A stretch of DNA of 45,984 nucleotides from Chiloscyllium plagiosum (GCF_004010195.1 NC_057728.1:42942319-42988302), one strand, 5' to 3'. Numbered from the stretch's first letter, positions 34,823 through 45,984 are shown. Notes: generated by a model not told the origin, from the letters alone. Program-made: numbers and translations.

Positions 34823-35502
34823 CTCAGCCCTGTCAAGTCTACAAAATCCTTCTCACTAACATCTAGGCAAGCTGTCCCACAGACTATTCAAGCACCAGCC
34901 TGACATTGTCTGTAATGTACTATTCCATGACTATGACAATGACTCAAACAACACCATCAATATCACTAGGTCGCTGGACTTGAAATGTTAACTCTGGAAT
35001 TTTGTCTCAACAGATGCTGCCAAACATACAGTGTTTCTTTAGCACTCTCTGATTTTGTACCAGCTTCACTATTCCTGGGCATGAATTGTCCAACCAGCAA
35101 GACACACTAACCAGATTGTGATACAATGTTATATTGTAGGTAGGGAGGGAGTTGGCCTGGGATTCCTTAATATTGACTCTGGACTCCATGAAATCAAATA
35201 GCATCAATCCAAATGTAGGCAAGGAAACGTCCTGCTGATTACCAAGTATCAAGTGCACACCCCATCCCTTCAATGGTGGATAAATCAGTACTACTCCATA
35301 ATTTGGAAGAAACACTGTTTGGAAGACAAAGTCACAGGATACACTTAGAATGGAGGATTTTAATGTCCATCATCAAATGGCTTGGTAGTACTACTCCTGT
35401 GTGACTTGACTGAATCCAAAAGACACAATTTTTCAATTAGCAGATGGTGAGGGAACCAACATGAGGCAAAAATCTTTTTGACCGCATCCTCATTTATTTG
35501 CA

Positions 35503-36285
35503 TGTGGTCAAGTGTCCATGGGCCCAACATTGAACAATATAAATTGAACCACAGCAGAGGATATTAAGCCTGACAGAAAACTGGCCAAACTAAATTAAAC
35601 AGCAGCTATCAATTATAGAGAACAGTGAAACCAAAGTCAAAGAGATTACAAAGGATCAAGGGGAACCAGTTACAATCAGTCCAAGGATTGTGGATTAGAG
35701 AAATGTCGATCAGACATTCTGGCATTTGGCTGTCTGATTATGCGTACTGTACAACTCCCAGCAATGCAATAGTGAAGGATGCTTGCGTGACCCCATTGAA
35801 TGATTTGAATCCATCCCACGACCCCATGAGCCAAACGCCACAGAACAATCTGGAAGGTTTGGTGTGACAGGGGAGAAAAACACACAGCCTTGGAAGCCAG
35901 ACCCTCAGTGAAGACACAGTGAAGACTTGCAGGGAAGAATCGTAGCAAGTCTCGTGGCAGAAGATTCAGGAGAGATCTACGCTGAACTGCTAGACCCACC
36001 TTTGTGGAAGAGAACCAGCCCTATGATGGAGAGGAAGAAGATTCCAAAGTCCCAGCACAACATATGGATCATTGTGAGTGATAGCCTTTTTCAGATGGAT
36101 AGAGCTGGAGAGAGAATAAATATTGTGGGAATTTGGGAGATGTTCGCAATGTTTTTAACAAGGAATATTTTATTAATATAATCGAATTGAACTACAAACT
36201 GAATTCCGTGCCCCTTTATCTTACTCACCAACAAGAGTGCTTGTGCACAGTGTTAATACATAAATTGGTCAAAGGGTGGATAACA
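35503..36285 (+). mobile_element. Solo LTR (different family) with 4-bp TSD
   Basis: TGTGGTCA...GGATAACA termini; TGCA at 35499-35502 and 36286-36289; AATAAA at 36115-36120; the host LINE appears to resume after it. Confidence 0.6.
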
Positions 36286-36574
36286 TGCATATCTCAGATG
36301 CATCTGTCCATGACAGTATTGTTAGTGTGTCCATCAAGCCAAGTCTTTGTGGAGATGGCTTTCCACTTTGATCAATTTAGCTGTCCCACAGGCACAAAGG
36401 AAGGAGTGATGTCGCAGAAAGGCCATAAGTTAATTGATTGGTAACAGCTGCTAATTTGACTATTTATTCTCGGTTACTTTCAGATTGAAAGTAAATAGGA
36501 GGAATATTTACTGATTACATATTAAAAGACAATTAGGAAATAAAAAAAATTAAGAACTAGGTATTGAAAATAGA

Positions 36575-38305
36575 GATGCAGGGCCAGACAATGCGTTGTG
36601 ACTGCATGATGTCAGAGTTGGTTGACACCAATGTGGTTTCTAGTGACCACATCTGTAGTCAGGGTTAGTTGTTTGAGGAACTCTGAGACAGAGTTAATGA
36701 GCTGGATTCTATGTATTGAACACTGCAACAAACCAGGGAGGTGGATGTAGTTATTGTGTTTCAGGAGGCAGTCACATCCCTCTGAAAAACTACCTCAAAT
36801 TCAGTCAATGATTAGGGACAGGAGGGGGTGACTATGAAAGTGGCAGATAGAGGGATCCAGGAGGTAATGCTGAAGGTACTTCAGCCCTTGAGTTTGTCTA
36901 ACAGGCTAGAGATTCTTGCTCCCTGTGTGGATGAGAGTGGAGGTTGTAAACAGGATGAGAAAACTGATCTGAGCACCATAGTACAGGGGGGCATTCAAGA
37001 GAAGGAAGAAAAGAAAATGGTAATTGTAATTGTGGATAGTATCAGGGGAATAGACACTGTTCTCTTTGGTCAGGACTGAGAGTCCTGAAGGCTGTGTTGT
37101 CTGTCTGGTGCCCGAACTCAGGATATCTTATCTGGGCTGCAGAGGAACTTGGGGTAGGAGGGGAAGGATCCAGTTATGATCCACGTATGTACTAATGGCA
37201 AAGGTAGAAAGAGGAAAGAGTTCTGCTAAGGGAATATGAACAGTTAGGGGATAAAGTAAAAAGCAGAATCAAACCAAAAGATAATTATTTCTGGAACACT
37301 TCCTGAGCCATAACCAAATTGGTACAGGGTGGACAAGAATAACAAGGCAAAACACTTGGTTCAAAGACTGGTGTGGGAGAAAAATTATGGGACATTGGCA
37401 GCAATAGTGAGGAAGTTGGGAAATATTCTGATGGGATGGCCTCCATCTGAATCATGTTGGGACAAGAGTCCTGGAGAATAGCATAATTAGGGCTGTGAAC
37501 TAAATAGTGGGGAGGAGGGTTCAGTTTAATAGAAAATTATGGAGAAAGTTAAAGTTGGGGAGAATTCAGGAAGGGTTATTAATGGTTCGAGAATATGTTA
37601 TATGACAGAGTTTGGAAAGGGTCAGGAACTTTAATTCAGGTACAGCAGATAAGGGGACAACTGTGGGAAGGAGAGCAGTTAATACAGGACTCAGGGTCTT
37701 GTACTTAAATGTGCATAGTATAGGAAACAAGGGAAATATGATTATAGTGCAGGTTGAAATTGGCAGGGATAATGTTGCGGGGATGTCTGCGAGGGGATCA
37801 AGGCTGAGAACTAAATATCCAAGGATATGTGTTCTGTGGAAACGACAGGCAGATTGGAAAGGTGGCAGGGTTGTCTTGTTAGGAGGAAATGAAATTAAAT
37901 CGATAGCAAGAAACAATATATGGTCAGGAGGTACAGAATCTGTGTGGGTAAAGTTGTGGAACCACAAAGGAAAAATGGTCCTGATGGGAATTATGTAAAG
38001 GCCTCCTAGCTGAAGGCAGGATGTAGGCAGAAAATAAATCAAGAGATAGAAAAGGTTTGCAACAAAGGCACGATTACATTAATTATGAGGGATGTCAATA
38101 TGCAGGTGGACTGGGAAAATCAGGTTCTTAGCAGATCTCAAGGAAAGGAATTTGGAGAATGTCTACAGGATGGGTTTTTGTGGAGCAGCTTGTGATTGAC
38201 TCCATTCAGGAACAGGAAATTCTGGATTTGATAATGTGTACTAAAGCAGACTTGATTAGAGAGTTTAAATTGAAGGAACCCCTAGGGGACAGTGACCACA
38301 GTTTG
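36575..38305 (+). mobile_element. Old CR1 5' portion (ORF1 remnant and APE endonuclease); continues at ~42100-42440
   Basis: LSNRLEIL, VIVDSIRGID, DGLHLN remnant, LRVLYLNVHSIGNK, GTESVWVKL, ILDLIMC..EPLGDSDH. Confidence 0.85.
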
Positions 38306-38587
38306 AAAGAGATTGTGGTAATTGTAATTGTGGATAGTATCAGGGGAATAGACACTGTTCTCTTTGGCCAGGACTGAGAGTCCTGAAGGCTGTGTTGCCT
38401 GCCTGTTACAATAAACCCGAGACTCTACTACTGTAGAGTCTCCCACCCGCCCTCCTCCTCTAACCTAGTTAATAAGGTAACGTTCATTCTAAACTTCCTC
38501 TATTGAATATAAGTTGTTATTAATTTTATAGCAACTTGAACTAAGCTTTCTACTTTAGTACTGAGTGCGTGTTCAGATAAGTCGGGT

Positions 38588-39511
38588 ATGGATGCTAGGG
38601 CAGTTGCTTGCTCCTCCTGCAGAATGTGGCAGGTGGGAGACATGGCACACGTCTCCGCTGGCTACATCTGCGGGAAGTGCACCCAACTCCAGCTCCTTGA
38701 AAATCGTGTTAGGGAATTGGAGCTGGAGCTGGATGAACTACGGATCATTCGGGAGGCTGAGGGGGTAATTGAGAAGAATCACCGGGAGTTGGTCACTCCT
38801 AAGGCTCAGGACAAGTATAAATGGGTTACAGTTAGGGGGAGGAAAGGGGACAGTCAGACAGTGCAGAGATCCCCTGTGGACATTCCCCTCAGCAATAAGT
38901 ATACCGTTTTGGATACTGCTGGGGGGGGGAATGACCTACCAGAGGAAAGCCATAGCAGTCAGTTTTCTGGCACTGAGCCTGACACTGTGGCAAATAAGGG
39001 AAGGGGTCAGAATAGAAAAGTACTCGTGGTAGGGGACTCGATAGTTAGGGGAATCGACAGGAGATTTTGTAGTCAGGATTGGGATTCCCGGAAGGTATGT
39101 TGCCTCCCTGGTGCCAGGGTCCGGCACGTCTCTGATCGGGTGTATAAGGTTCTAAAAGGGGAGGGCGAACAGCTAGAAATCTTGTTACATTTTGGCACTA
39201 ATGATATAGCTAGGAAAAGGATTGAAGATATTAAAAGTGATTTCAGGGAGTTAGGATGGAAGCTGCAAAGCAGGACGAACAGAGTAGTGTTCTCTAGTTC
39301 ACTACCGGTGCCACGAGATAGCGAGGCGAGGAACAAGGAGCGGACACAGCTTAATACGTGGCTGCGCAGGTGGTGTAGGAGGGAGGGCTTCAGATATGTA
39401 GATAATTGGGATGCCTTCTGGGGAAGGTGGGACCTGTTCAAGAAGGATGGGTTGCATCTGAACTGGAAGGGGACCAATGTCCTGGGTGGAAGTTTTGCCC
39501 GAGTAGTTTGA
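38588..39511 (+). CDS. CR1 ORF1p: zinc finger + leucine zipper + SGNH/GDSL esterase domain (307 aa)
   Basis: CSSC-x-CGKC, LQLLENRVRELELELDEL, VVGDSIVR, PGA, FGTNDI, DGLHLN; open from ATG to TGA. Confidence 0.9.
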   Translation: MDARAVACSSCRMWQVGDMAHVSAGYICGKCTQLQLLENRVRELELELDELRIIREAEGVIEKNHRELVTPKAQDKYKWVTVRGRKGDSQTVQRSPVDIPLSNKYTVLDTAGGGNDLPEESHSSQFSGTEPDTVANKGRGQNRKVLVVGDSIVRGIDRRFCSQDWDSRKVCCLPGARVRHVSDRVYKVLKGEGEQLEILLHFGTNDIARKRIEDIKSDFRELGWKLQSRTNRVVFSSSLPVPRDSEARNKERTQLNTWLRRWCRREGFRYVDNWDAFWGRWDLFKKDGLHLNWKGTNVLGGSFARVV

Positions 39512-40792
39512 GAGGGTTTAAACTAGTATGGCAGGGGGGTGGGAACCTGAGCAGCATGGATCAGTACCTGGTGCTATGATGTTGTGGCCATAACAGAGAC
39601 ATGGGTTTCTCAGGGGCAGGAATGGTTGCTGGATGTTCCAGGGTTTAGAGCATTTAAAAAGAATAGAGAGGGGGGATAAAGAGGAGAGGGTGTAGCACTA
39701 CTAATCAGAGAGGGTATCACAGCGACAGAAGCTTCCATTGTCGAGGAAGATCTGCTTACCGAGTCAGTATGGGTGGAAATTAGGAACAGCAAGGGAGCAG
39801 TCACCTCTTTAGGGGTTTATTACAGGCTCCCCAATAGCAGCAGGGAGATGGAAGAAAGCATAGGTTGGCAGATTTTGGAAAAGTGTGGACGTATAGGGTT
39901 GTTGTAATGGGTGACTTTAATTTTCCCAATATTGATTGAAACCTCCTTCGAGCAGAAGATTTGAATGGAGCTGTTTTTGTAAGGTGTGTTCAGGAGGGTT
40001 TCCTAACTCAGTACGTTGACGGGCCGACGAGGGGAGAGGCCATTCTAGACTTAGTGCTCGGAAACCAGCCGGGGCAGGTATCAGATCTTGTGGTGGGAGA
40101 GCATTTTGGTGATAGTGACCACAACTGTCTCACATTCTACATAGCTATGGAGAAGGAGAGGATTAGGCAAAATGGGAGGATATTTAATTGAGGAAGAGGA
40201 AACTATGATGTGATTAGACATGAGTTAGGAAGCATGGATTGGGAGCAATTGTTCCATGGTAAAGGCACTATAGACATGTGGAGACTGATTAAGGAACAGT
40301 TGTTGTAAGTGATGCATAAATATGTCCCTCTGAGACCAGCAAGAAGTGGTAAGATAAAGGAACCTTGGATGACGAGAGCGGTGGTGCTTCTCATCAAAAG
40401 GAAAAAGGTAGCTTATATAAGGTGGAGGAAGCTAGGGTCAAGTTCAGCTCTACAGGGTTATAGGCAGGCGAGGAAGGAGCTTAAAAATGGTCCGAGGAGA
40501 GCCAGGAGGGGGCACGAGAAAGGCTTGGCAGAACGGATTAGGGAGAACACAAAGGCATTTTACACTTATGTGAGGAATAAGAGAATGGTCAAAGAAAGAG
40601 TAGAGCCGATCAGAGATAGCATAGGGAATTTGTGTGTGGAGTCTGAGGAGGTTGGGGAAGCCCTAAATGAGATTTTTGCTTCTGTCTTTACGAAAGAAAT
40701 AAACTTTGTAGTGAATGAAACCTTTGAAGAGCAGGTGTGCATGCTGAAATGGATAGAGATAGAGGAAGCTGATGCGCTGAAAATTTTGTCAA

Positions 40793-41395
40793 NNNNNNNN
40801 NNNNNNNNNNNNNNNNNNNNNNNNNNNNNNNNNNNNNNNNNNNNNNNNNNNNNNNNNNNNNNNNNNNNNNNNNNNNNNNNNNNNNNNNNNNNNNNNNNNN
40901 NNNNNNNNNNNNNNNNNNNNNNNNNNNNNNNNNNNNNNNNNNNNNNNNNNNNNNNNNNNNNNNNNNNNNNNNNNNNNNNNNNNNNNNNNNNNNNNNNNNN
41001 NNNNNNNNNNNNNNNNNNNNNNNNNNNNNNNNNNNNNNNNNNNNNNNNNNNNNNNNNNNNNNNNNNNNNNNNNNNNNNNNNNNNNNNNNNNNNNNNNNNN
41101 NNNNNNNNNNNNNNNNNNNNNNNNNNNNNNNNNNNNNNNNNNNNNNNNNNNNNNNNNNNNNNNNNNNNNNNNNNNNNNNNNNNNNNNNNNNNNNNNNNNN
41201 NNNNNNNNNNNNNNNNNNNNNNNNNNNNNNNNNNNNNNNNNNNNNNNNNNNNNNNNNNNNNNNNNNNNNNNNNNNNNNNNNNNNNNNNNNNNNNNNNNNN
41301 NNNNNNNNNNNNNNNNNNNNNNNNNNNNNNNNNNNNNNNNNNNNNNNNNNNNNNNNNNNNNNNNNNNNNNNNNNNNNNNNNNNNNNNNNNNNNNN
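40793..41395. other. Assembly gap (N run)
   Basis: 603 consecutive N. Confidence 0.99.
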
Positions 41396-42441
41396 TGTGG
41401 AGGAACAGCGGGATCTTGGTGTGCAGGTACATAGATCCCTTAAAATGGCCACCCAAGTGGACAGATTTGTTAAGAAAGCATATGGTGTTTTGGCTTTCAT
41501 TAACAGGGGGATTGAGTTTAAGAGTTGTAAGATCTTGTTGCAGCTCTATAAAACTTTGGTTAGACCGCACTTGGAATACTGCGTCCAGTTCTGGTCGCCC
41601 TATTATAAGAAAGATGTGGATGCTTTGGAGAGGGTTCAGAGGAGGTTTACCAGGATGCTACCTGGACTGGAGGGCTTATCTTATGAGGAGAGTTTGACTG
41701 TGTTTGGACTTTTTTCATTGGAGAAAAGGAGGAGAAGAGGGGACCTAATTGAAGTCTACAAGATTATGAGAGGCATAGATAGAGTCGATAGCCAGAGACT
41801 AATACCCAGGGCAGAAATGACTAACACAAGGGATTATAGTTTTAAGCTGCTTGGAGGAAAGTATAGAGGGGATGTCAGAGGCGGGTTCTTTACACAGAGA
41901 GTTGTGAGAGCATGGAATGGTTGCCAGCAGCAGTTGTGGAGGCAGGGTCATTGGGGACATTTAAGAGACTCCTGGACATGCATATGGTCACAGAAATTTA
42001 AGGGTGTATACATGAGGATCAGTGGTCGGCACAACATCGTGGGCTGAAGGGCCTGTTCTGTGCTGTACTGTTCTATGTTCTATGTTCTATGTTCTACTCT
42101 GCTGTTTGAGAGGGAAAAGCTGGAATCAGATGTAATGGTATAACAACTAAGTAGAAATAACTACAAAGACATGAGGAAAGAGTTGCAAGTGCTGGTTGAA
42201 TGGGGAGCCTAGCAGGGAAGATAGTGGAGCAGTAATGTCAAGAGTCTCTGAGGCTAATTCAGGAGGCATAGCAGAAATTCATCCCAAGGAAGAAGAAGCA
42301 TACTAAAGAGATGACAAGGCAACCATGGCTCACAAGGGAAGTCAGAGACAGCATAAAAACAAAAGAAAAAGCATGCAATGTGATGAGGATAAGTGAAAAA
42401 CCAAAGGATTGGGAAGCCTTTAGATACCAGAAGCGGATACC

Positions 42442-42745
42442 TAGATTAGATTCAATTCCCTACAGTTTGGAAACAGGCCCTTCAGACCAACGAGTCCACA
42501 CTGACCCTCCGAAGAGTAACCCACCCAGACTCATTCCCTATCAAATATTTATTCCTGATTAATGCACCTAAAACTACAGGCAACTTAGCATGGCCAATTC
42601 ACCTGACCTACACATCTTTGGATTGTGGGAGGAAACCCACACAGACACAGGGAGAATATACAAACTCCACACAGACAGTCACCCGAGGCAGGAATTGAAC
42701 TTGGATCCCTGGTGCTGTGAGGCAGCAGTGCTACTCACTGAGCCA
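42442..42745 (-). mobile_element. HE1 SINE
   Basis: (AGATT)n start, GGAAACAGGCCCTTC, TGTGGGAGGAAACC, CCCTGGTGCTGTGAGGCAGCAGTGCTA..CACTGAGCCA. Confidence 0.9.
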
Positions 42746-42835
42746 GTCTAACAGTAACAAAGTAATAAAGGAGGAGAAGATGAGATGGGAGAGCAAGCTA
42801 GCTAGTGATAGAAAAGAAAATTGCAAGAGTTTTTT

Positions 42836-43156
42836 AAGAATCCTTACAGTGTAGACCCAGGTCAATCAGCCCACCAAGTCCACCTCAATCCTCTGAAAGG
42901 CATCTCGCCCAGACTTAACCTCCACCATATCCCTATAACCTTGCATTTCCCATGGTTAAACCCCCTAGCCTGCACATCCCTGGACACTTTAGCATTGCCA
43001 ATCCACCTAATCTGCACATCCCTGGACTGTGGGAGGAAACCAGAGAACCCAAAAGGAAACCCACGCAGACATAGAAAGAATATAGAAACTGCACACAGTT
43101 ACCCGAGGCTGGAATTAAACCTGGGTTCCAAGGCACTGTGAGCCACCATGCTGCCC
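42836..43156 (-). mobile_element. HE1 SINE (different subfamily)
   Basis: CTGCACATCCCTGGAC x2, TGTGGGAGGAAACC, ACCCGAGGCTGGAATT, GAGCCACCATGCTGCCC. Confidence 0.85.
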
Positions 43157-43336
43157 CTTAGTATATAATCCTTGCTTAATTTTTTACATTTAGTTCCATG
43201 CCTTAAGTGTTTACTGTAATTTTGACCACCGTCTGAATTTACTCATATTTATTTTTAATAGATCAAGAAACATCACAACCCAATTTTAATTTATTCTCAT
43301 GTTTTTTTCAAATTACTGATTGGCAAGCAGTCTACT

Positions 43337-43645
43337 CACAGTGGCTCAATGGTTAGCACTGCTGCCTCACGGTGTCAGGGAGCCAGGTTTGATTCCAGCC
43401 TTGGGTGACTGTTTGTGTGGATTTTGCACACTCTCCCTGTGTCTGCGTGAGTTTTCTCCCACAGTCTAGAGATGTGCAGGTCAGGTGAATTGGCCATACT
43501 AAATTGCCCATAATAATAGGTGCATTAGTCAGGGGTAAATATAGGGTAGGGGAATGTGTCTGGGTGGGTTACTCTTCAGATGATAGGTGTGGACTTGTTG
43601 GACCAAAGGGCCAGTTTCCATACTTAGGGAATCTAATCTAATCTA
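43337..43645 (+). mobile_element. HE1 SINE
   Basis: CACAGTGGCTCAATGGTTAGCACTGCTGCCTCAC, GGTTTGATTCCAGCC, V-domain, (AATCT)n tail. Confidence 0.9.
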
Positions 43646-43736
43646 AAAGGGTCATCTAGACTTGAAACATTAGCTTGCTCTCTCTCCATGGATGCTGGCT
43701 GACCTGTTGTGAGTTCCAGCATTTTTTGTTTTCAGT
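43646..43736 (+). mobile_element. Degenerate Penelope-like terminal fragment
   Basis: AAGGGTCATCTAGACTTGAAACATTAGC..GATGCTGGCTGACCTG..TTCCAGCATTTTTTGTTTTCAG; a similar remnant lies at ~34975-35057. Confidence 0.55.
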
Positions 43737-43974
43737 CTATTCACTTCCACTGCCACTTGCCAAAGAGGTCAGTCTGGGCATCAAACCTTGGTCTTTATTA
43801 AAGCATTCTGTTGTCAGTCCCCTTCCTAGTCCTTCCTCCTGCTCCCATCAGAATCAAATTAGTAAATAATATTAAAACAGAAAAATCTATGTTACAGATT
43901 AATAGAAATCCACAATTTGAAAATCTCAAGCTCTCTTGAGACGTAAGGCATTTCAAAATTGTCAGCAACCAGGA

Positions 43975-44405
43975 ACTGAGAGTAATATGCTGGCATGGAT
44001 TTAGGATTGGATAGTGGACAGAAATTTAGAACAGGAATAAATGAGTTATTTTGGGTTGGCAGGCTGTAACCAACAAAGAGCCATATGGATCGTAGCTGGA
44101 ACTAGTATTTACAATCAAAATGACTTAGATTGCTAACTGCTTGCAAAGTATTCAAATTTGCTGACAATGCAAAGTTAGGCAGGAAAGTAGAGGAAGCAAC
44201 GAGGCTACAGGTATGTACAGACATGGTGGGTGAGTGCCAACAACATGGCAGCTGTAATACAGTGTGATGAAGTGTGATGTTGTCTTCCTTGACAGGGAAA
44301 ACAAAACCTTGAGTGATGGGAGACTGGGGATTGCTTGTATTCTGAGGAACCCCCAGAGTCCTTATATATGAATCACAAAGTTAGCAAGAAAGTACATCAA
44401 GCAAT
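43975..44405 (+). mobile_element. Highly degenerate CR1 RT fragment
   Basis: CTGGCATGGAT (LAWI), TGGCAGGCTGTAACC (WQAVT), AAATTTGCTGACAATGCAAAGTTAGG (KFAD..KL), ACATGGCAG. Confidence 0.6.
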
Positions 44406-45546
44406 AGTCTTTCCAACTCAGATTCTGCTATCTCGGATCTCGCACTTCTACTCAATCGTTGTGACCCTTGATTCATAATCAACAGCAGTCACATTCCTTG
44501 CAAAGTTGTCAGATATGGTGCATAGCTACAAACTCTCTCTGTCTTGAATCATGATACTTTTAATGGCACAGAATCCCCAGAAATAGTCTTCTCTAGACCC
44601 TTTAGATGGTCTGGTAGGTTTTAATCCACCTAAATGATAGCTGTAGTGCTTAACTAATACATAATTCTGTCTTCAGACCTCTGATCTATCCAACTGTACG
44701 ACACACATGGTAACATTGGGCAGATTCTTGTCAGGGTCTGAAGAAAATGGCAAAAGTTGAGGCGGAATTGGATGCAAAGTCCGGGGAGGACTTTCTCAAT
44801 ATTGGGAACATCTCACTTCATCTTTTATGCCTTTGCCAAACACTGAGGCAAGTATCTCCCTAGGCAGCTATGAGTTGTCAATTATGGGGAATTATAGCTT
44901 GTTAAATGCTTTATTAATGCTGCAGTTTGCCTCATTAATGTTCAGATTCCTATCATACCAAACTTTCCCAACAAGCTGGGAGAAAGCTTGACAGAAAAAT
45001 CAGTGTGTGTAACTGCAAACATTGTGTTACTCAGCATCAAACAACATCTCAGACCAATATCCATGGGCACCAGGTACATGCACTCCTTGTCCATGGACAT
45101 TGGCATTTGATATTTTGCCTTATCCTCATGAACATCATGACAACCTTTCCAATTCACTGCAAAGCGCACTGGCAACTAGCATTGTAAGACTAATTAGCGG
45201 ACAGGGGCAGACACCCAGCTCAAATTAGAGCATGCTGCATCTCAGGACTGCTTGTTTGCTCTCTTCGTGTACACCGTTTAGCACTTACCTGCACGTCTGC
45301 ACCATCCATATCTTGCCTTGCCTTGCCACACGTTTCAGTACAGTCAACCAGCCAGGCAGTTTGTCTTATTGGTCAGCAGTCTCAGTCAAGGGGGCGGACC
45401 TCTTGATGTATGGCAGTGTACCATGTGCCGGCAGCTTATATAGCAAGCATACTGCAAGCGAAGTAAACAAGCAACCATGTCTCAAAATCTCAGGGCCTAA
45501 GTCCACTAAAGTCCATTGGTCAGGTGGTCACAGCACAGTAAGTCAA

Positions 45547-45984
45547 TTTTTTTTTTATTTCAAAAATATACTTTATTCATAAAATAATTTGATGGTCTGT
45601 ACAGTTGGTCATGCCATACATATGTAAACATGTACATACAGAGATCAGAATTTATCATTTTTATACAGGTCTGTACATTTTTCAATCATATGCCCATATG
45701 ATTAGCTGAGGCGTCAGCAGAGCCCAAATGACTGCGTGGGCCCCCTGTGCTTAGGCAGGCAGATGTTACACCGTGGTCTTTCCCCACCGCGCCTTGGCGA
45801 CAGCTGCCCCAAGCTTCAGCGCATCCCTCAACACATAGTCCTGGACCTTGGAATGTGCCAGACTGCAGCACTCAGTCGGGGTCAACTCCTTCAGCTGGAA
45901 GATCAACAGGTTTCGGACCACCCAGAGAGCGCCCTTCACTGAGTTGATGATCCTCCAGGCGCAGTTGATGTTCGTCTCGGTGTG
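45547..45984 (-). mobile_element. L1/Tx1-clade LINE 3' end, running off the window
   Basis: Open minus frame 45984-45766: HTETNINCAWRIINSVKGALWVVRNLLIFQ...AKARWGKTTV-TAA; then 3' UTR, AATAAA (TTTATT at ~45572-45577) and poly(A) (T run from 45547). Confidence 0.8.

Larger units (their letters stand above)
33860..36360 (+). mobile_element. Old LINE 5' portion: tRNA/SINE-like head followed by an APE endonuclease remnant, interrupted by two solo LTRs and a Penelope fragment
   Basis: Head CACTGGACGAGTAATCCAGA..GAGTTCAATCCCAC; GGGAAGGAAA.CTGCC..TGGTTGACTCTTAACTGTCCTCT; then Q(G)N.LLIT, .DFNVHH, QMVREPT.GKN..D.IL; resumes AGATGCATCTGTCCATGACAGTATT after 36289. Confidence 0.55.
38406..42096 (+). mobile_element. 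Young near-full-length CR1 (HER1-like) LINE with disabled ORF2
   Basis: 5' UTR, intact ORF1, ORF2 fragments (YDVVAITETW, GPTRGEAILDLVLGN, LYKTLVRPHLEYCVQFWSP), (TTCTATG)n tail; in-frame stops, frameshifts and an N gap in ORF2. Confidence 0.95.

Noticed and set aside
1..45984. CRISPR array or prokaryote-type defence/RT system
   Set aside because: No regular repeat-spacer array or operon; all RT-like ORFs are eukaryotic CR1, L2, Tx1 or Penelope remnants

Overview
Vertebrate genomic DNA, almost certainly from a cartilaginous fish: it carries shark HE1 SINEs, HER1/CR1 LINEs and a SacSINE1-like DeuSINE. A bamboo-shark-like species is a guess from repeat style only. The one host gene I can support is an intact three-exon myf5 (myogenic bHLH factor, + strand, CDS 12472-12978 / 14709-14784 / 15459-15643, 255 aa). 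It has a TATA/GC-box promoter, a perfect EBF/COE palindrome and 3' poly(A) signals, and lies in a repeat-poor, visibly CpG-richer block (~8040-16200). The rest is largely nested retroelement debris: many CR1 fragments (one young copy with an intact zinc-finger/leucine-zipper/SGNH-esterase ORF1), L2-like remnants, two L1/Tx1 3' ends, three solo LTRs with 4-bp target-site duplications (TSDs), five HE1 SINEs, and about ten Penelope-like terminal fragments. The most striking non-gene signal is that the Penelope-like fragments carry minimal hammerhead-ribozyme cores (CUGANGA..stem II..GAAA). One of them is an apparently complete ribozyme inside a ~160-bp hairpin mini-element with a 14-bp TSD (29158-29316). 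Two assembly gaps (N runs) are present. Repeat family names come from pattern recall, not database searches, and repeat boundaries are approximate unless a TSD is given. I see no evidence for a wholly new multi-gene system.
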